This document shows positions 42,184 to 51,167 of a stretch of DNA of 64,000 nt, piece after piece; the stretch's first letter is position 1, and every line of letters begins with the position of its first letter. This DNA comes from Escherichia phage GADS24: the sequence record OQ703618.1; one strand, 5' to 3'. The notes under the pieces were generated by a model, which was not told the DNA's origin, searched no databases, and saw only the letters and a program-made list of their open reading frames with translations. The position numbers and the translations under genes are program-made.

Positions 42184-44397
42184 TTATTTGGCCGCTTCCA
42201 CGGCCTTCATGAATTTAACGATTTGAGCGACCTGTTCTTTAGAAAGAGTACCACGTCGTCCCATGTATTCTGACACAATATGATAATTGGTTTCAAATTC
42301 AATAACCATTTTATCATCATTATCGTAAGCATTATCTTTAAGCTTATCGAAAATTTTAGCACACAGTTCTAACTTCCTGTTCAGGTCTCTGTTATTAGCA
42401 CCTGCGAATCGATTCCATCCCCAACGATTATTTACTGTTGAAAGTTTTGCAAAATCTTTACTGATTTCTTTGTTCTTAGAGCTAAAATACTTACTAAGGA
42501 AGTTAAGCTCTTCATTACGAGTAATATGGTTTAGATAGGGCTGTGCTCTACGACTTGGTGATACATACTCATCATAATCTACTTTATCGATTAGCGTAAT
42601 GTAGTCATTAATTGATTTTTCGAACAAGCATTCTACTTCACCAAGTTTACGAACTTTCTTAGCAATCTGTGGGCGGACCACAGTGAACTCTTTAATACCT
42701 GACAAATCGGCAATACGAGTCAAGAAACCAGAATCATAGTTCAACCAACCTTTATCTGCGTCAAGACATTCAGCATTAGAACGATTACGAACTATAGCAT
42801 AACCTTGGATTTCATCAGCTTCACTCGCCGGAATAAAGAGATCTTCTGATACCCAAACATCGTTTTCGTTCTTAAAGAACCGATGAGCACTTGGGGATTT
42901 AGGACGAGGCCCATTAGAACGAGTCTTGACTTCAATCCATGGCTTAACGATTTGTAAAAGCTCTGAAGTCTTGTACATGTTAATGTTGTCGCCATCAAAG
43001 ATAACTTTAAGGCGTTCCAGAAGTTTCATTGCATCTTCGTCTGTAGGGTCAACGAATAGTACGCTTTTACCAAAACCGCGTGGAACTTTACCGGTTAATT
43101 TAACCTCGTCTTTAGACATTTCAATTGAATTAAGAGCTCGCATTAATGGAACACGTCCCTTAACGTCGTCAATAACAATTTCAACGTTTTTAATGTTAAT
43201 GCCAATCAGACTGTTAATTGAAATAGTTGCAGATGAGCTACCACTTTCACGAATACGACGAAGACGAGGGTCTTCAATGATATCGTATACGACGCCGAGA
43301 TTACACCATTCGGGTCCCATTTTAAAACGTTTGTACAACTCAGAATAAGTTAGTTGTTCTTTAGAATATTTCAGAGATTCAATATTAGTCCCAGCCTTTT
43401 CCATGTATTTGCGAGCGGTATAGCCAAGAGAATCAATTTCACGGAACACATGACGCGGGTATTTACAATCAATCCATTTCTTAGAATCTTCAGCGAACAA
43501 TTTAGCATCGATTTCTGCAACGCGTTTATGGATATTTGCTACTGTACGTTTATCAAATGACAATGCTTCACGAGACGGGGCTACATCTAGTTCACCCATA
43601 GGGAATTTAATATAAGCTGTAGTGCATCGCGTCATCATCCATGTTTGTTCTTTAATAACACTTCCGATTGGATACACAATACCACCATAAACAGCCATGA
43701 TATTACCACGTTCACCCCATGGAGCTTCCTTGGCCAAATATACATCATCAAATTCAGGAAAGTATTTGATATCTTTAACACCACGAACTTCTGCAATATC
43801 ACCTAGAGGACGCATAACATAAGCAATTTCGGATGCGAACTTTTCAAAATCTTCTGGGTTAACAGGCACAACTACTTCAACGCCAGTCCGGTCATCAGGT
43901 CCCATCTTATCTACGAAGGTTGGCTTAATTTGTGGACCACTGTCATCTTGGTAGATTACGTAACCACGAACTTCACCATTGTGATAAGACGTAAGGTTAA
44001 ACGTATCGGTATATGCTAGTGGAGCTTTAGAGCCGAGTCCGAATCCACCAATGAAATCGTTACTCGATGTTTTAGTTGAAGCAAAATATGAGTTATAGAT
44101 TCCTGGCTCTTCGTCATTACCTCGAATGGTGAAATCACTCATACCAGGACCAAAGTCTCTAACTACAAAACGTGGGTCTAAACGACCTGGAGCCTGAACA
44201 ATAAACTTATCAGTGCAACCATTAAGAATTTGTCCATCGATACAGTTTGTGATTAATTCACGTACACAAGCCAATTCTTTGTTTGTATAAAGGTCATTAG
44301 ACAAAATCTTATAAACTTTGCTATTGCCTTGAATAGTAAATGCTGTGCTCTTACCGCCTGAGCCAATAATCGTTTCTTTAGCCGTTTCAATAATCAT
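42184..44397 (-). CDS. rIIA: rIIA
   Basis: 737 aa; synteny and size; GHKL-like N-terminus. Confidence 0.92.
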   Translation of the reverse strand: MIIETAKETIIGSGGKSTAFTIQGNSKVYKILSNDLYTNKELACVRELITNCIDGQILNGCTDKFIVQAPGRLDPRFVVRDFGPGMSDFTIRGNDEEPGIYNSYFASTKTSSNDFIGGFGLGSKAPLAYTDTFNLTSYHNGEVRGYVIYQDDSGPQIKPTFVDKMGPDDRTGVEVVVPVNPEDFEKFASEIAYVMRPLGDIAEVRGVKDIKYFPEFDDVYLAKEAPWGERGNIMAVYGGIVYPIGSVIKEQTWMMTRCTTAYIKFPMGELDVAPSREALSFDKRTVANIHKRVAEIDAKLFAEDSKKWIDCKYPRHVFREIDSLGYTARKYMEKAGTNIESLKYSKEQLTYSELYKRFKMGPEWCNLGVVYDIIEDPRLRRIRESGSSSATISINSLIGINIKNVEIVIDDVKGRVPLMRALNSIEMSKDEVKLTGKVPRGFGKSVLFVDPTDEDAMKLLERLKVIFDGDNINMYKTSELLQIVKPWIEVKTRSNGPRPKSPSAHRFFKNENDVWVSEDLFIPASEADEIQGYAIVRNRSNAECLDADKGWLNYDSGFLTRIADLSGIKEFTVVRPQIAKKVRKLGEVECLFEKSINDYITLIDKVDYDEYVSPSRRAQPYLNHITRNEELNFLSKYFSSKNKEISKDFAKLSTVNNRWGWNRFAGANNRDLNRKLELCAKIFDKLKDNAYDNDDKMVIEFETNYHIVSEYMGRRGTLSKEQVAQIVKFMKAVEAAK

Positions 44398-44409
44398 ATT
44401 TTTCTCTCA

Positions 44410-44610
44410 TCACAAGTTACGTTTAAAAATTTCTGCTACTTCAAGAAGTTCTTCTTTAGTAGCTGTATCGGTTTGTATTTTATATCGAATTTCTTTAAAG
44501 CGTTCTTTAAAGGACTCTGCTGACTCGATATCAAAAAATCTTTGGATAAGCCGGAATTCCCGGAGCACCGCTTTATCAAAAAGGTCCAAGTCCACGTTAT
44601 ATGTTCTCAT
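44410..44610 (-). CDS. hypothetical protein (rIIA.1-like), 66 aa
   Basis: ATG 44608-44610; synteny. Confidence 0.5.
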   Translation of the reverse strand: MRTYNVDLDLFDKAVLREFRLIQRFFDIESAESFKERFKEIRYKIQTDTATKEELLEVAEIFKRNL

Positions 44611-44635
44611 AATATTCTCTTCAGTAGATTCCTAG

Positions 44636-44688
44636 GGCACTATTATTAAAGACCATATAATCTATCATCTTATGTGTAATAGTGCCTC
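44636..44688. repeat. 10-bp perfect inverted repeat (GGCACTATTA ... TAATAGTGCC) flanking a 33-nt AT-rich spacer containing TATAAT
   Basis: Read directly from sequence; lies between the glycosyltransferase-like gene and rIIA.1. Confidence 0.5.
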
Positions 44689-44702
44689 AGGCGATTCAGG
44701 AT

Positions 44703-45803
44703 TTACGCTGTGAAGATTTTATCCCACATCGCAACAACTGCATCTCGGTTATACTTCTTCCATACTGCTTCAGCGCGTTTAACTCGAGCTTCGTATGTGT
44801 CAGTGAATTCTAATACAGCTTTTGTGTAAAGCGCAACTACTTCTTTCTTAGGAGTAGAGGAATCAATTTCTACACGCACAGTATCTGGGTCGTATTCGAA
44901 TGTCGCATGAGGATAATCCTTAAAAACTAACTGGATTACAGGGACACCTTTAGAGATGGCTTCAATAGAACTATTCTCTACTGTACCTGTGTCAGGACAC
45001 GTATTAATAAGTGCTTTAGCTGTTTTAAGACGTTCCATGATTTCACTGTGTGGAGCATCAATAATAACAGGATATTTAGCTGGTGGTGCCCATTTACTAG
45101 GACAGTATCCTACACCATTTTCGCCTAGTGCTTTAATCGCTTCAAGAGCAACATCAGTACGACGCATTTTAGTGTCATAACGTTGTGCACTAATAATCAA
45201 ATCAGTTGCCGGGAGAACTTCTGGTTTTTCAGTCAAACAAATAACCGGATAATCTTCGGCTTCAAACAACGGATTTGCTCGCCAATAATCATAATCAATT
45301 TTGTCAGTCAGACCTGAAGTCATATAACAATATTTGCGTTCAAATTCACGGAAGGCTTTAGTAGGAGCATAACTCTTACCACCATTCTTATGAATTTGAA
45401 TAGTCTGGTCCCAAATTTGAACAATGCCACGAGATACCGGTTCAAATGGTGTTGCCATAAAATTCTTATGAACTTTAGAGAGACCTGCGTCTTTAATTGC
45501 CTGAACGGTTAGTTTAGTCGGTTCCATAGTAACAACAAAATCGTATTCATGTATGCCGGCTAGTTCGACAATCTTACGAGCCATAGTATAACTCATACCT
45601 AGACTGAATTTAGTCAGATGTCCAACAGGGTGGTGTGTAACTTTCCAGTCACCAAACGTGTCATTATCAAAGCCGATATAATCAATATCAGCACCGATGG
45701 ACACAAGATATTTCAACACATTTAAATGTACTGCTTCAAGACCACCTTGTACACGGTCAGGATTAAATGGGACTGCACGAGATGGGATAAACATAACTTT
45801 CAT
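44703..45803 (-). CDS. GT-B fold (GT4-like) glycosyltransferase-like protein, 366 aa
   Basis: N-terminal RVQGGLEAVHLNVLKYL (GGxE-type motif) and C-terminal TGTVENSSIEAISKGVPVI (E-x7-E-like / G.PVI motif) typical of GT4 family; ATG 45801-45803 with AAGG RBS; no resemblance to T4 alpha- or beta-glucosyltransferase as recalled. Confidence 0.5.
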   Translation of the reverse strand: MKVMFIPSRAVPFNPDRVQGGLEAVHLNVLKYLVSIGADIDYIGFDNDTFGDWKVTHHPVGHLTKFSLGMSYTMARKIVELAGIHEYDFVVTMEPTKLTVQAIKDAGLSKVHKNFMATPFEPVSRGIVQIWDQTIQIHKNGGKSYAPTKAFREFERKYCYMTSGLTDKIDYDYWRANPLFEAEDYPVICLTEKPEVLPATDLIISAQRYDTKMRRTDVALEAIKALGENGVGYCPSKWAPPAKYPVIIDAPHSEIMERLKTAKALINTCPDTGTVENSSIEAISKGVPVIQLVFKDYPHATFEYDPDTVRVEIDSSTPKKEVVALYTKAVLEFTDTYEARVKRAEAVWKKYNRDAVVAMWDKIFTA

Positions 45804-45828
45804 AATTAAGCCTTATTAAAATTAAAAT

Positions 45829-45847
45829 GAAGCTCCCGAAGGAGCTT
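45829..45847 (-). terminator. Hairpin AGCUCC-UUCG-GGAGCU followed by U-rich tract (after gene 39)
   Basis: Inverted repeat around CGAA loop immediately after gp39 stop. Confidence 0.45.
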
Positions 45848-47663
45848 AGGACATCCATTCTTTACGAAGTTCTGAATCATCACCCAACAACATTTCAAAG
45901 AGTTCTTTCCAGTTTTCAGGAAGTTTAACTACGTCGTACACAGGGTTCTGAATCATTTCACGATATTCTGACTTTTCAAGGGAGCCTAATCCCTTGATGT
46001 ATCGAATACTATGCTTAGGCAGTGTATCTTTAACTTCTTCATACTCAGCTACAGTATAAAACCATTTTTGAGTTTTGCCAATTTGTGCAATAATTACAGG
46101 CGTTTTAACAAAGCGAATACGTCCTTGTTCAAACAATTCAGGCCAATTACTAAAGAAAGCAAGCAAAGCCGGATAAATACTTCCAAGGCCGTCATGATCG
46201 GCATCGGTCATAATTGCAATATTACGATAGTTCGTATTCTCTGCCTTTTCACCAAGAATAAGACCTGTGATAGCACAGATATCAAAGAGCTCTTTGTTCT
46301 TCATCATATCAGCATATGACATACCCCAGCTATTCATCACCTTACCACGTAATGGGAATCCACCGTGTAGTTCACGGTCACGAACATCAATGAGATAACC
46401 AATTGCCGAATCACCTTCTGTTAAGAACAATGTCGTATCTGCATCTTTACCACATTGGTTAGCTTTAATATGCTTATGAACCTTAGCTTTAGTTGCCTTT
46501 TTAGCTGCTTTAGTTTCTGCAGCCTTTTCTGCTGCCAATTTACGAGCTAATGCTGCTTCAACAATAGGCATAATCAAGGCTTCGTTTTTAAGAAGTGCCT
46601 GAGCAATTTTCTTAGCATCTAATTGGATATGATTACGAATATCACCATACGTTGACGTTAATCGTTCTTTAGTCTGAGAATCAAAACGCATGTTGCTCAT
46701 GTCTCTAATAAACATCAACATTGTGAGGCATTCTTTAACACGAGCTTTAGTGACTTCAATACCCTTATATTTCTTTTTAATACCAGGCAAAAGATGTTCG
46801 CAGATATCATCCATTACACATTCAACATGATGACCACCGTTTTTAGTATGGATGTTATTCACATAAGTTAAATGACGGAAGCCGTCTGGTGATGTTGTGA
46901 ATGCTATAGAGACTTTATCATTTTCTTGAATGATGTTATCTTCGCCAAATTGTTTAGCAAATCGTTTAAAATTACCATCAACCTTTTTACCATTAAATGT
47001 GAACTTGATATCAGGATAAACGACTGCCAATGTTTGAAGTCGGTCTAAAGTAATATCTAAATAAATTTGAGATAAATTATGCTCTTCAAACGAAGAGAAA
47101 TCAGGAGTGAAGATTACTTTAGTGCCTTTACCTTTAGATTTCTTAGAAGACCATGATTTGTTTTCCATTCCGTTTGAACAGTTAACAGTGATTTCATTTT
47201 CGCCATCCGACGTGATGCCTGTAAACAACGTGGAGAAGATATTAGTTAAACTACTCCCGACGCCGTTCATACCACCAGTCTTGCGTTCAGAGTCATCACC
47301 AAAGTTACCACCGGCCTTTGGAATAGTCCAGGCTGCTACAGGCCCAGGAATTTGTTCACCTGTTTGGTCGGTAACTAAACCTTGAGGAATACCACGTCCG
47401 TTATCTTCCACCGAAACTTGATTATTTTTAATTTGCACATCAATTTTATTTGCAAACTTAAATGATGTACGAATAGCTTCATCAACCGAGTTGTCAATAA
47501 TCTCATCGATTAATTTAACCAGACCAGGAACATATTCAACTTGTTGATATTTACCAAACAAAAAACGCTCATGGGCTTCTTTAGCAGAAGAACCAATATA
47601 CATACCACTACGTTTCTTAATATGTTCTACATCTGACAATACCTTAATTTCATTTTTAATCAT
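45846..47663 (-). CDS. 39: DNA topoisomerase II large subunit gp39 (GyrB-like ATPase/TOPRIM), unsplit 605-aa form
   Basis: Continuous 605-aa ORF covering GHKL ATPase and TOPRIM regions; unlike T4 where the C-terminal part is the separate gene 60. Confidence 0.95.
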   Translation of the reverse strand: MIKNEIKVLSDVEHIKKRSGMYIGSSAKEAHERFLFGKYQQVEYVPGLVKLIDEIIDNSVDEAIRTSFKFANKIDVQIKNNQVSVEDNGRGIPQGLVTDQTGEQIPGPVAAWTIPKAGGNFGDDSERKTGGMNGVGSSLTNIFSTLFTGITSDGENEITVNCSNGMENKSWSSKKSKGKGTKVIFTPDFSSFEEHNLSQIYLDITLDRLQTLAVVYPDIKFTFNGKKVDGNFKRFAKQFGEDNIIQENDKVSIAFTTSPDGFRHLTYVNNIHTKNGGHHVECVMDDICEHLLPGIKKKYKGIEVTKARVKECLTMLMFIRDMSNMRFDSQTKERLTSTYGDIRNHIQLDAKKIAQALLKNEALIMPIVEAALARKLAAEKAAETKAAKKATKAKVHKHIKANQCGKDADTTLFLTEGDSAIGYLIDVRDRELHGGFPLRGKVMNSWGMSYADMMKNKELFDICAITGLILGEKAENTNYRNIAIMTDADHDGLGSIYPALLAFFSNWPELFEQGRIRFVKTPVIIAQIGKTQKWFYTVAEYEEVKDTLPKHSIRYIKGLGSLEKSEYREMIQNPVYDVVKLPENWKELFEMLLGDDSELRKEWMS

Positions 47664-47708
47664 GTTGTCTCCTCGTTATGAAGGTATTCTATCATCCGAA
47701 ATCTAAAG

Positions 47709-47727
47709 CAAAAAGGGCCGAAGCCCT
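47709..47727 (-). terminator. Hairpin AAGGGC-UUCG-GCCCUU plus U-tract upstream of gene 39
   Basis: Inverted repeat 47712-47727 with A5 on plus strand. Confidence 0.45.
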
Positions 47728-48002
47728 TATTTAAATTTAATTTTCTGAAGTGCATCAATTGCAGCCAAACGCCCTTGTTCACTTTTAACTGTAATGACCA
47801 CATCGCCTGATACGATCACCGAACCATCAACAAATTCTATAGAGCCTTTTTTGAAATCGACCGCTGTATCTGGTTCCGGAACTTCTTCAAAGAATTTAAA
47901 TTCTGCACCATAAAGCAGAATATCACCTTGCATACTATGAATAGTTCGACCATAATCACCTACGGCTTCTACAGCAATAACAGAAACGCCGTAACCAATC
48001 AT
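47727..48002 (-). CDS. hypothetical protein (39.x-like), 91 aa from first ATG; possibly 3' part of a frameshifted gene
   Basis: ATG 48000-48002 with GGAAGAG RBS; track ORF starts with TTG at 48086; an RBS-preceded ATG at 48152-48154 opens a 23-codon frame that ends at 48083. Confidence 0.35.
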   Translation of the reverse strand: MIGYGVSVIAVEAVGDYGRTIHSMQGDILLYGAEFKFFEEVPEPDTAVDFKKGSIEFVDGSVIVSGDVVITVKSEQGRLAAIDALQKIKFK

Positions 48003-48156
48003 CTCTTCCACAATAAAATCTTTGGACAATAAAGTAGTATGCAGATTAGTATTAAGACGTTTACCAGTCGTATTAAGAAGTCTCAAGAAATTATCTTCTT
48101 GTCCTTTGATAATACGATATATTTCTTACCAATTTCAAAACCTTTAAAAGCCATAA

Positions 48157-48336
48157 TTAACCCTTCTTAAGTAAGTCGTAAAAACCACCATTTACATGTT
48201 TAGGAGCAGAAACCCGACGAGTAGACAGACGATGACATTCAGGGCAAACATCGTTTTCTCGTTCAGAGATCCTTTTAATTTTTTCATATTCATGACCACA
48301 ATCTTCAGATTGACATTTATAGTCGTATAACGGCAT
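48157..48336 (-). CDS. FmdB-family zinc-ribbon protein, 59 aa (below ORF-track cutoff)
   Basis: Hand translation MPLYDYKCQSEDCGHEYEKIKRISERENDVCPECHRLSTRRVSAPKHVNGGFYDLLKKG; CxxC...CxxC with FmdB-like N-terminus MP.Y.Y.C..CGH.YE. Confidence 0.5.
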   Translation of the reverse strand: MPLYDYKCQSEDCGHEYEKIKRISERENDVCPECHRLSTRRVSAPKHVNGGFYDLLKKG

Positions 48337-48338
48337 TA

Positions 48339-48749
48339 TTATTCCTTAAAATGTGCTTTCAACATTTGATACAAAGACCATGCCTGGTCGGTATTTTCGA
48401 TAGTAATCGTCATCACCGGAAATTCAGACAATTCGTCAAGTTCACCAGAATCTTGCTCTTCAGACGCTTGATACGGATTTCCAACTTCGTCAAAGAACTC
48501 TGCTTCATTCGTAGAGAGCCAGATAAAGTTTTCATCAAGGATATCACCACCTGTTGCGTATCCAACCGCACCAGTAGATGTTAAAATTTTAGTAGGACGT
48601 CCGAGATGGTCAACATCTAAAATTTTAAAAGGTTCCATGCCAAGACGTCGTGCATAAATCCCATTATCAGTGTGGTCTTTAATAAACTCTTCTTGGGCCC
48701 GTTTATCTATAAATTGGTACCATGAGTTAACGCGGAATTTATTAGCCAT
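48339..48749 (-). CDS. hypothetical protein, 136 aa
   Basis: ATG 48747-48749 overlapping upstream stop (TAATG); track ORF has 6-codon extension. Confidence 0.5.
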   Translation of the reverse strand: MANKFRVNSWYQFIDKRAQEEFIKDHTDNGIYARRLGMEPFKILDVDHLGRPTKILTSTGAVGYATGGDILDENFIWLSTNEAEFFDEVGNPYQASEEQDSGELDELSEFPVMTITIENTDQAWSLYQMLKAHFKE

Positions 48750-48976
48750 TAGTAAGTTTCCTTCCAATAAGTTGTACCATTTTCAGTGATTTCACGGAAG
48801 ATGCCATAGATAGGCATTTCGTCACCGAGTTTTTCGTAAACGTAAACCACTTCGGTGTAGCATAAAAATTCAGTCCAGCTTTTTTGTACAACAACTAAAT
48901 CAGGATTAAACAGAACATCTTCAAACTCATTGATGTTTGAATCAGTAGTTACGTTTTTAATGATTTGACGTTTCAT
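48749..48976 (-). CDS. hypothetical protein, 75 aa
   Basis: ATG 48974-48976 with GAGGAGAA RBS; upstream extension in track would run through the promoter. Confidence 0.5.
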   Translation of the reverse strand: MKRQIIKNVTTDSNINEFEDVLFNPDLVVVQKSWTEFLCYTEVVYVYEKLGDEMPIYGIFREITENGTTYWKETY

Positions 48977-49004
48977 AATATTCTCCTCTTGTTTTGATAG
49001 GTCT

Positions 49005-49034
49005 ATAGTATCATAGACCATAGTTGTTGTACAT
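49005..49034 (-). promoter_or_regulatory. Early promoter variant (ATGTAC -35, 18 nt, TACTAT)
   Basis: Motif match. Confidence 0.4.
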
Positions 49035-49558
49035 CATTTTAGCAAAATAAAATCAACTTGTTCTGCCAATGAACGTCTGAACATTAATTGACAACTTCCG
49101 AGGATGAAATCAGGTGCTTCATAGACCGCGATGTAGTATCCTTTAGCTTTCAAGAGTTCAACATCCACCTGGTCATCAAACCATGCATAAACCGCGTCAA
49201 CACTTTCAAATCCAAAATAGAACCCTTGAGCCCAATCTTCGCTCAATTCAAATGCGTGATCAATTCTATAGTATCTTAAGATATTTTGTTCAAGGAGTTT
49301 GTCTTCATTTACTGTAGGACGATTAGGGACATTATAGTTGTCGCCGTGATGGTAGAAGTTACCTGAGAGTATTCCATGCTTATCAAGGAACTCCCATGTT
49401 TCTTCAGAGTTGTCGGTGCCCGACCAACCGTATGGCGAGCGAGGTTCTTTATTCCAAGAGGTTTCCCAAATTCTGACGGCTTTACCGTCTTCGATAGCAA
49501 TTCCAGGTAATGATTCACGTTGAGTACAAAAACTACGTTCTACGCGGTAAACTAACAT
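49034..49558 (-). CDS. hypothetical protein, 174 aa
   Basis: ATG 49556-49558 with GAGGAGAA RBS. Confidence 0.55.
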   Translation of the reverse strand: MLVYRVERSFCTQRESLPGIAIEDGKAVRIWETSWNKEPRSPYGWSGTDNSEETWEFLDKHGILSGNFYHHGDNYNVPNRPTVNEDKLLEQNILRYYRIDHAFELSEDWAQGFYFGFESVDAVYAWFDDQVDVELLKAKGYYIAVYEAPDFILGSCQLMFRRSLAEQVDFILLK

Positions 49559-49584
49559 ATTATTCTCCTCTGGTTGATATGGTT

Positions 49585-49613
49585 ATAATATCAAAACCAG
49601 AGGAGAAGTAAAC
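49585..49613 (-). promoter_or_regulatory. T4-type early promoter (GTTTAC, 17 nt, TATTAT)
   Basis: Motif match. Confidence 0.5.
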
Positions 49614-49617
49614 AACT

Positions 49618-50037
49618 TTATGCAAAAGCAGCTGGGCTATATTTTTTAATTTGGAATTCAGGAACTACCATGAACTGTCCAGCGAAAACGATGTTATAAA
49701 GCTTGACACCATCTTCTACCCAACGGTCGCTAATAAATCCAGCGATTTGCTTAGTTTTCCACGGCGTTCCATCAGTTGCCGCAGCAATAGTGAATTCATG
49801 GTCTTTTTCAACAGAAACTGATCTGCATAGTCCCCATTTGAACGCTTTTTCTTCTGGTTCAATGAATTGGCTTTTAACGTAGCCAATATTACCATTAGCA
49901 TCACGAACTTTAACTTGGTTACGGCCAAAAACCGGATCACTCACAGAAAGAACTTCAACCAACTTCCCGGCAACTTTAGAGCGAGAAGCAACAGATACAT
50001 ATACGTAATCACCTGTAGAGAGATTTACAATATTCAT
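49618..50037 (-). CDS. paralog family member A, 139 aa
   Basis: Shares C-terminal motif FISDRWVEDGVKLYNIVFAGQFMVVPE and N-terminal SRSKxAGxLVEV with neighbour. Confidence 0.55.
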   Translation of the reverse strand: MNIVNLSTGDYVYVSVASRSKVAGKLVEVLSVSDPVFGRNQVKVRDANGNIGYVKSQFIEPEEKAFKWGLCRSVSVEKDHEFTIAAATDGTPWKTKQIAGFISDRWVEDGVKLYNIVFAGQFMVVPEFQIKKYSPAAFA

Positions 50038-50046
50038 AATAATTCC

Positions 50047-50544
50047 TTAAGCTTTACGAGGAGACACATAGCGAGTGATTTCAGATTCTTTAACAACTCG
50101 GAAGTCACCTAAGAATACGATATTGTATAACTTTTCACCATCTTCAACCCATTGGTCACTAATGAAGCCACACATAATATCAGTTTTGCTTGGATATCCG
50201 TATTCGTCGATGTAATCAAATTCTTTATCGGTTATAAATTCAACGCCTTTGCAAAGGGCCCATTTAAACTGTGTAGTAGGCTCAACGATATCGTTTGAAG
50301 CAAAGTGTGCAGGTGCAACTTCTTCGCTTGAAGCAAATTGGACTCGTATATGTTTTTCCAGGAATTTAGGACTTACGTAAGCATACTGGGCATCTTGTCC
50401 GCCAAAACTAGGAATGATTCGAACTTTAACTTCTTTAATACGTCCCATGCCATTTGTGCGAAGTCCGACAACTTCAACCAGACGACCTGCGGCTTTAGAC
50501 CGGGATGCAGTTGATACACGTTTAATTTCACCAATAGTAATCAT
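50047..50544 (-). CDS. paralog family member B, 165 aa
   Basis: ATG 50542-50544; C-terminal FISDQWVEDGEKLYNIVFLGDFRVV. Confidence 0.55.
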   Translation of the reverse strand: MITIGEIKRVSTASRSKAAGRLVEVVGLRTNGMGRIKEVKVRIIPSFGGQDAQYAYVSPKFLEKHIRVQFASSEEVAPAHFASNDIVEPTTQFKWALCKGVEFITDKEFDYIDEYGYPSKTDIMCGFISDQWVEDGEKLYNIVFLGDFRVVKESEITRYVSPRKA

Positions 50545-50574
50545 ATTTTTTCTCTCTTTGTTTAAGTTGAATTC

Positions 50575-50604
50575 ATTATACTCCATCCATCCTTGGATGT
50601 ACAA
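50575..50604 (-). promoter_or_regulatory. Early promoter variant (TTGTAC -35, 18 nt, TATAAT)
   Basis: Motif match. Confidence 0.4.
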
Positions 50605-50606
50605 CA

Positions 50607-51101
50607 TTAATTTAGAATATTAACTACTGCACTACGTGGAACCACACTAAAGTCACCGGCATGAACAACGTTCAGAAGTTCAACCCCATCTTCAATCCAC
50701 TGGTCAGTTACCCAGCCACTTACCGGTCCAGCGAATGGTCGACGAATTGAAACTGCTTTACACAACAAGTCTGTAGGCTCAATAGGCTTAATCAGAGTAC
50801 CGTACATACAAGCGATATCCATATCAAAGTGGAGACCATCTTTAACAGGTGCTTCTTCAATCAACAGTTCAAAGTCAGTGCTTGGAATGGCGGTAGTAGA
50901 AATTGTACCGTGTGAATTTTTAATTTCTAAGAATAACCAAGGGCCTTCAGCTTGTTTGATGAAGTTAACAATAGTGAAACTATTACCTTGAGTGGCACCT
51001 AAAATTTCACAAAACTTTTCATAAGCTCGCACTGAAGCACCGTACCAGTTGATTTGTTTTTCGTCTTTCAGGATGTAAGTAGCCGTAGTATTGATATTCA
51101 T
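50607..51101 (-). CDS. paralog family member C, 164 aa (MotB candidate by position and size)
   Basis: C-terminal WVTDQWIEDGVELLNVVHAGDFSVVP; gene immediately before dexA as motB region in T4; identity not verified. Confidence 0.5.
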   Translation of the reverse strand: MNINTTATYILKDEKQINWYGASVRAYEKFCEILGATQGNSFTIVNFIKQAEGPWLFLEIKNSHGTISTTAIPSTDFELLIEEAPVKDGLHFDMDIACMYGTLIKPIEPTDLLCKAVSIRRPFAGPVSGWVTDQWIEDGVELLNVVHAGDFSVVPRSAVVNILN

Positions 51102-51132
51102 AATGTTTTTCCTGTTTGGTTAAGATAGAAAG

Positions 51133-51162
51133 ATTATACTCCAACCATCCTTGGTTGTAAAC
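51133..51162 (-). promoter_or_regulatory. T4-type early promoter (GTTTAC, 18 nt, TATAAT)
   Basis: Motif match. Confidence 0.5.
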
Positions 51163-51167
51163 TGATT

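Noticed and set aside
42926-43560. Plus-strand track ORFs inside rIIA
   Set aside because: Antisense to rIIA; typical shadow ORFs
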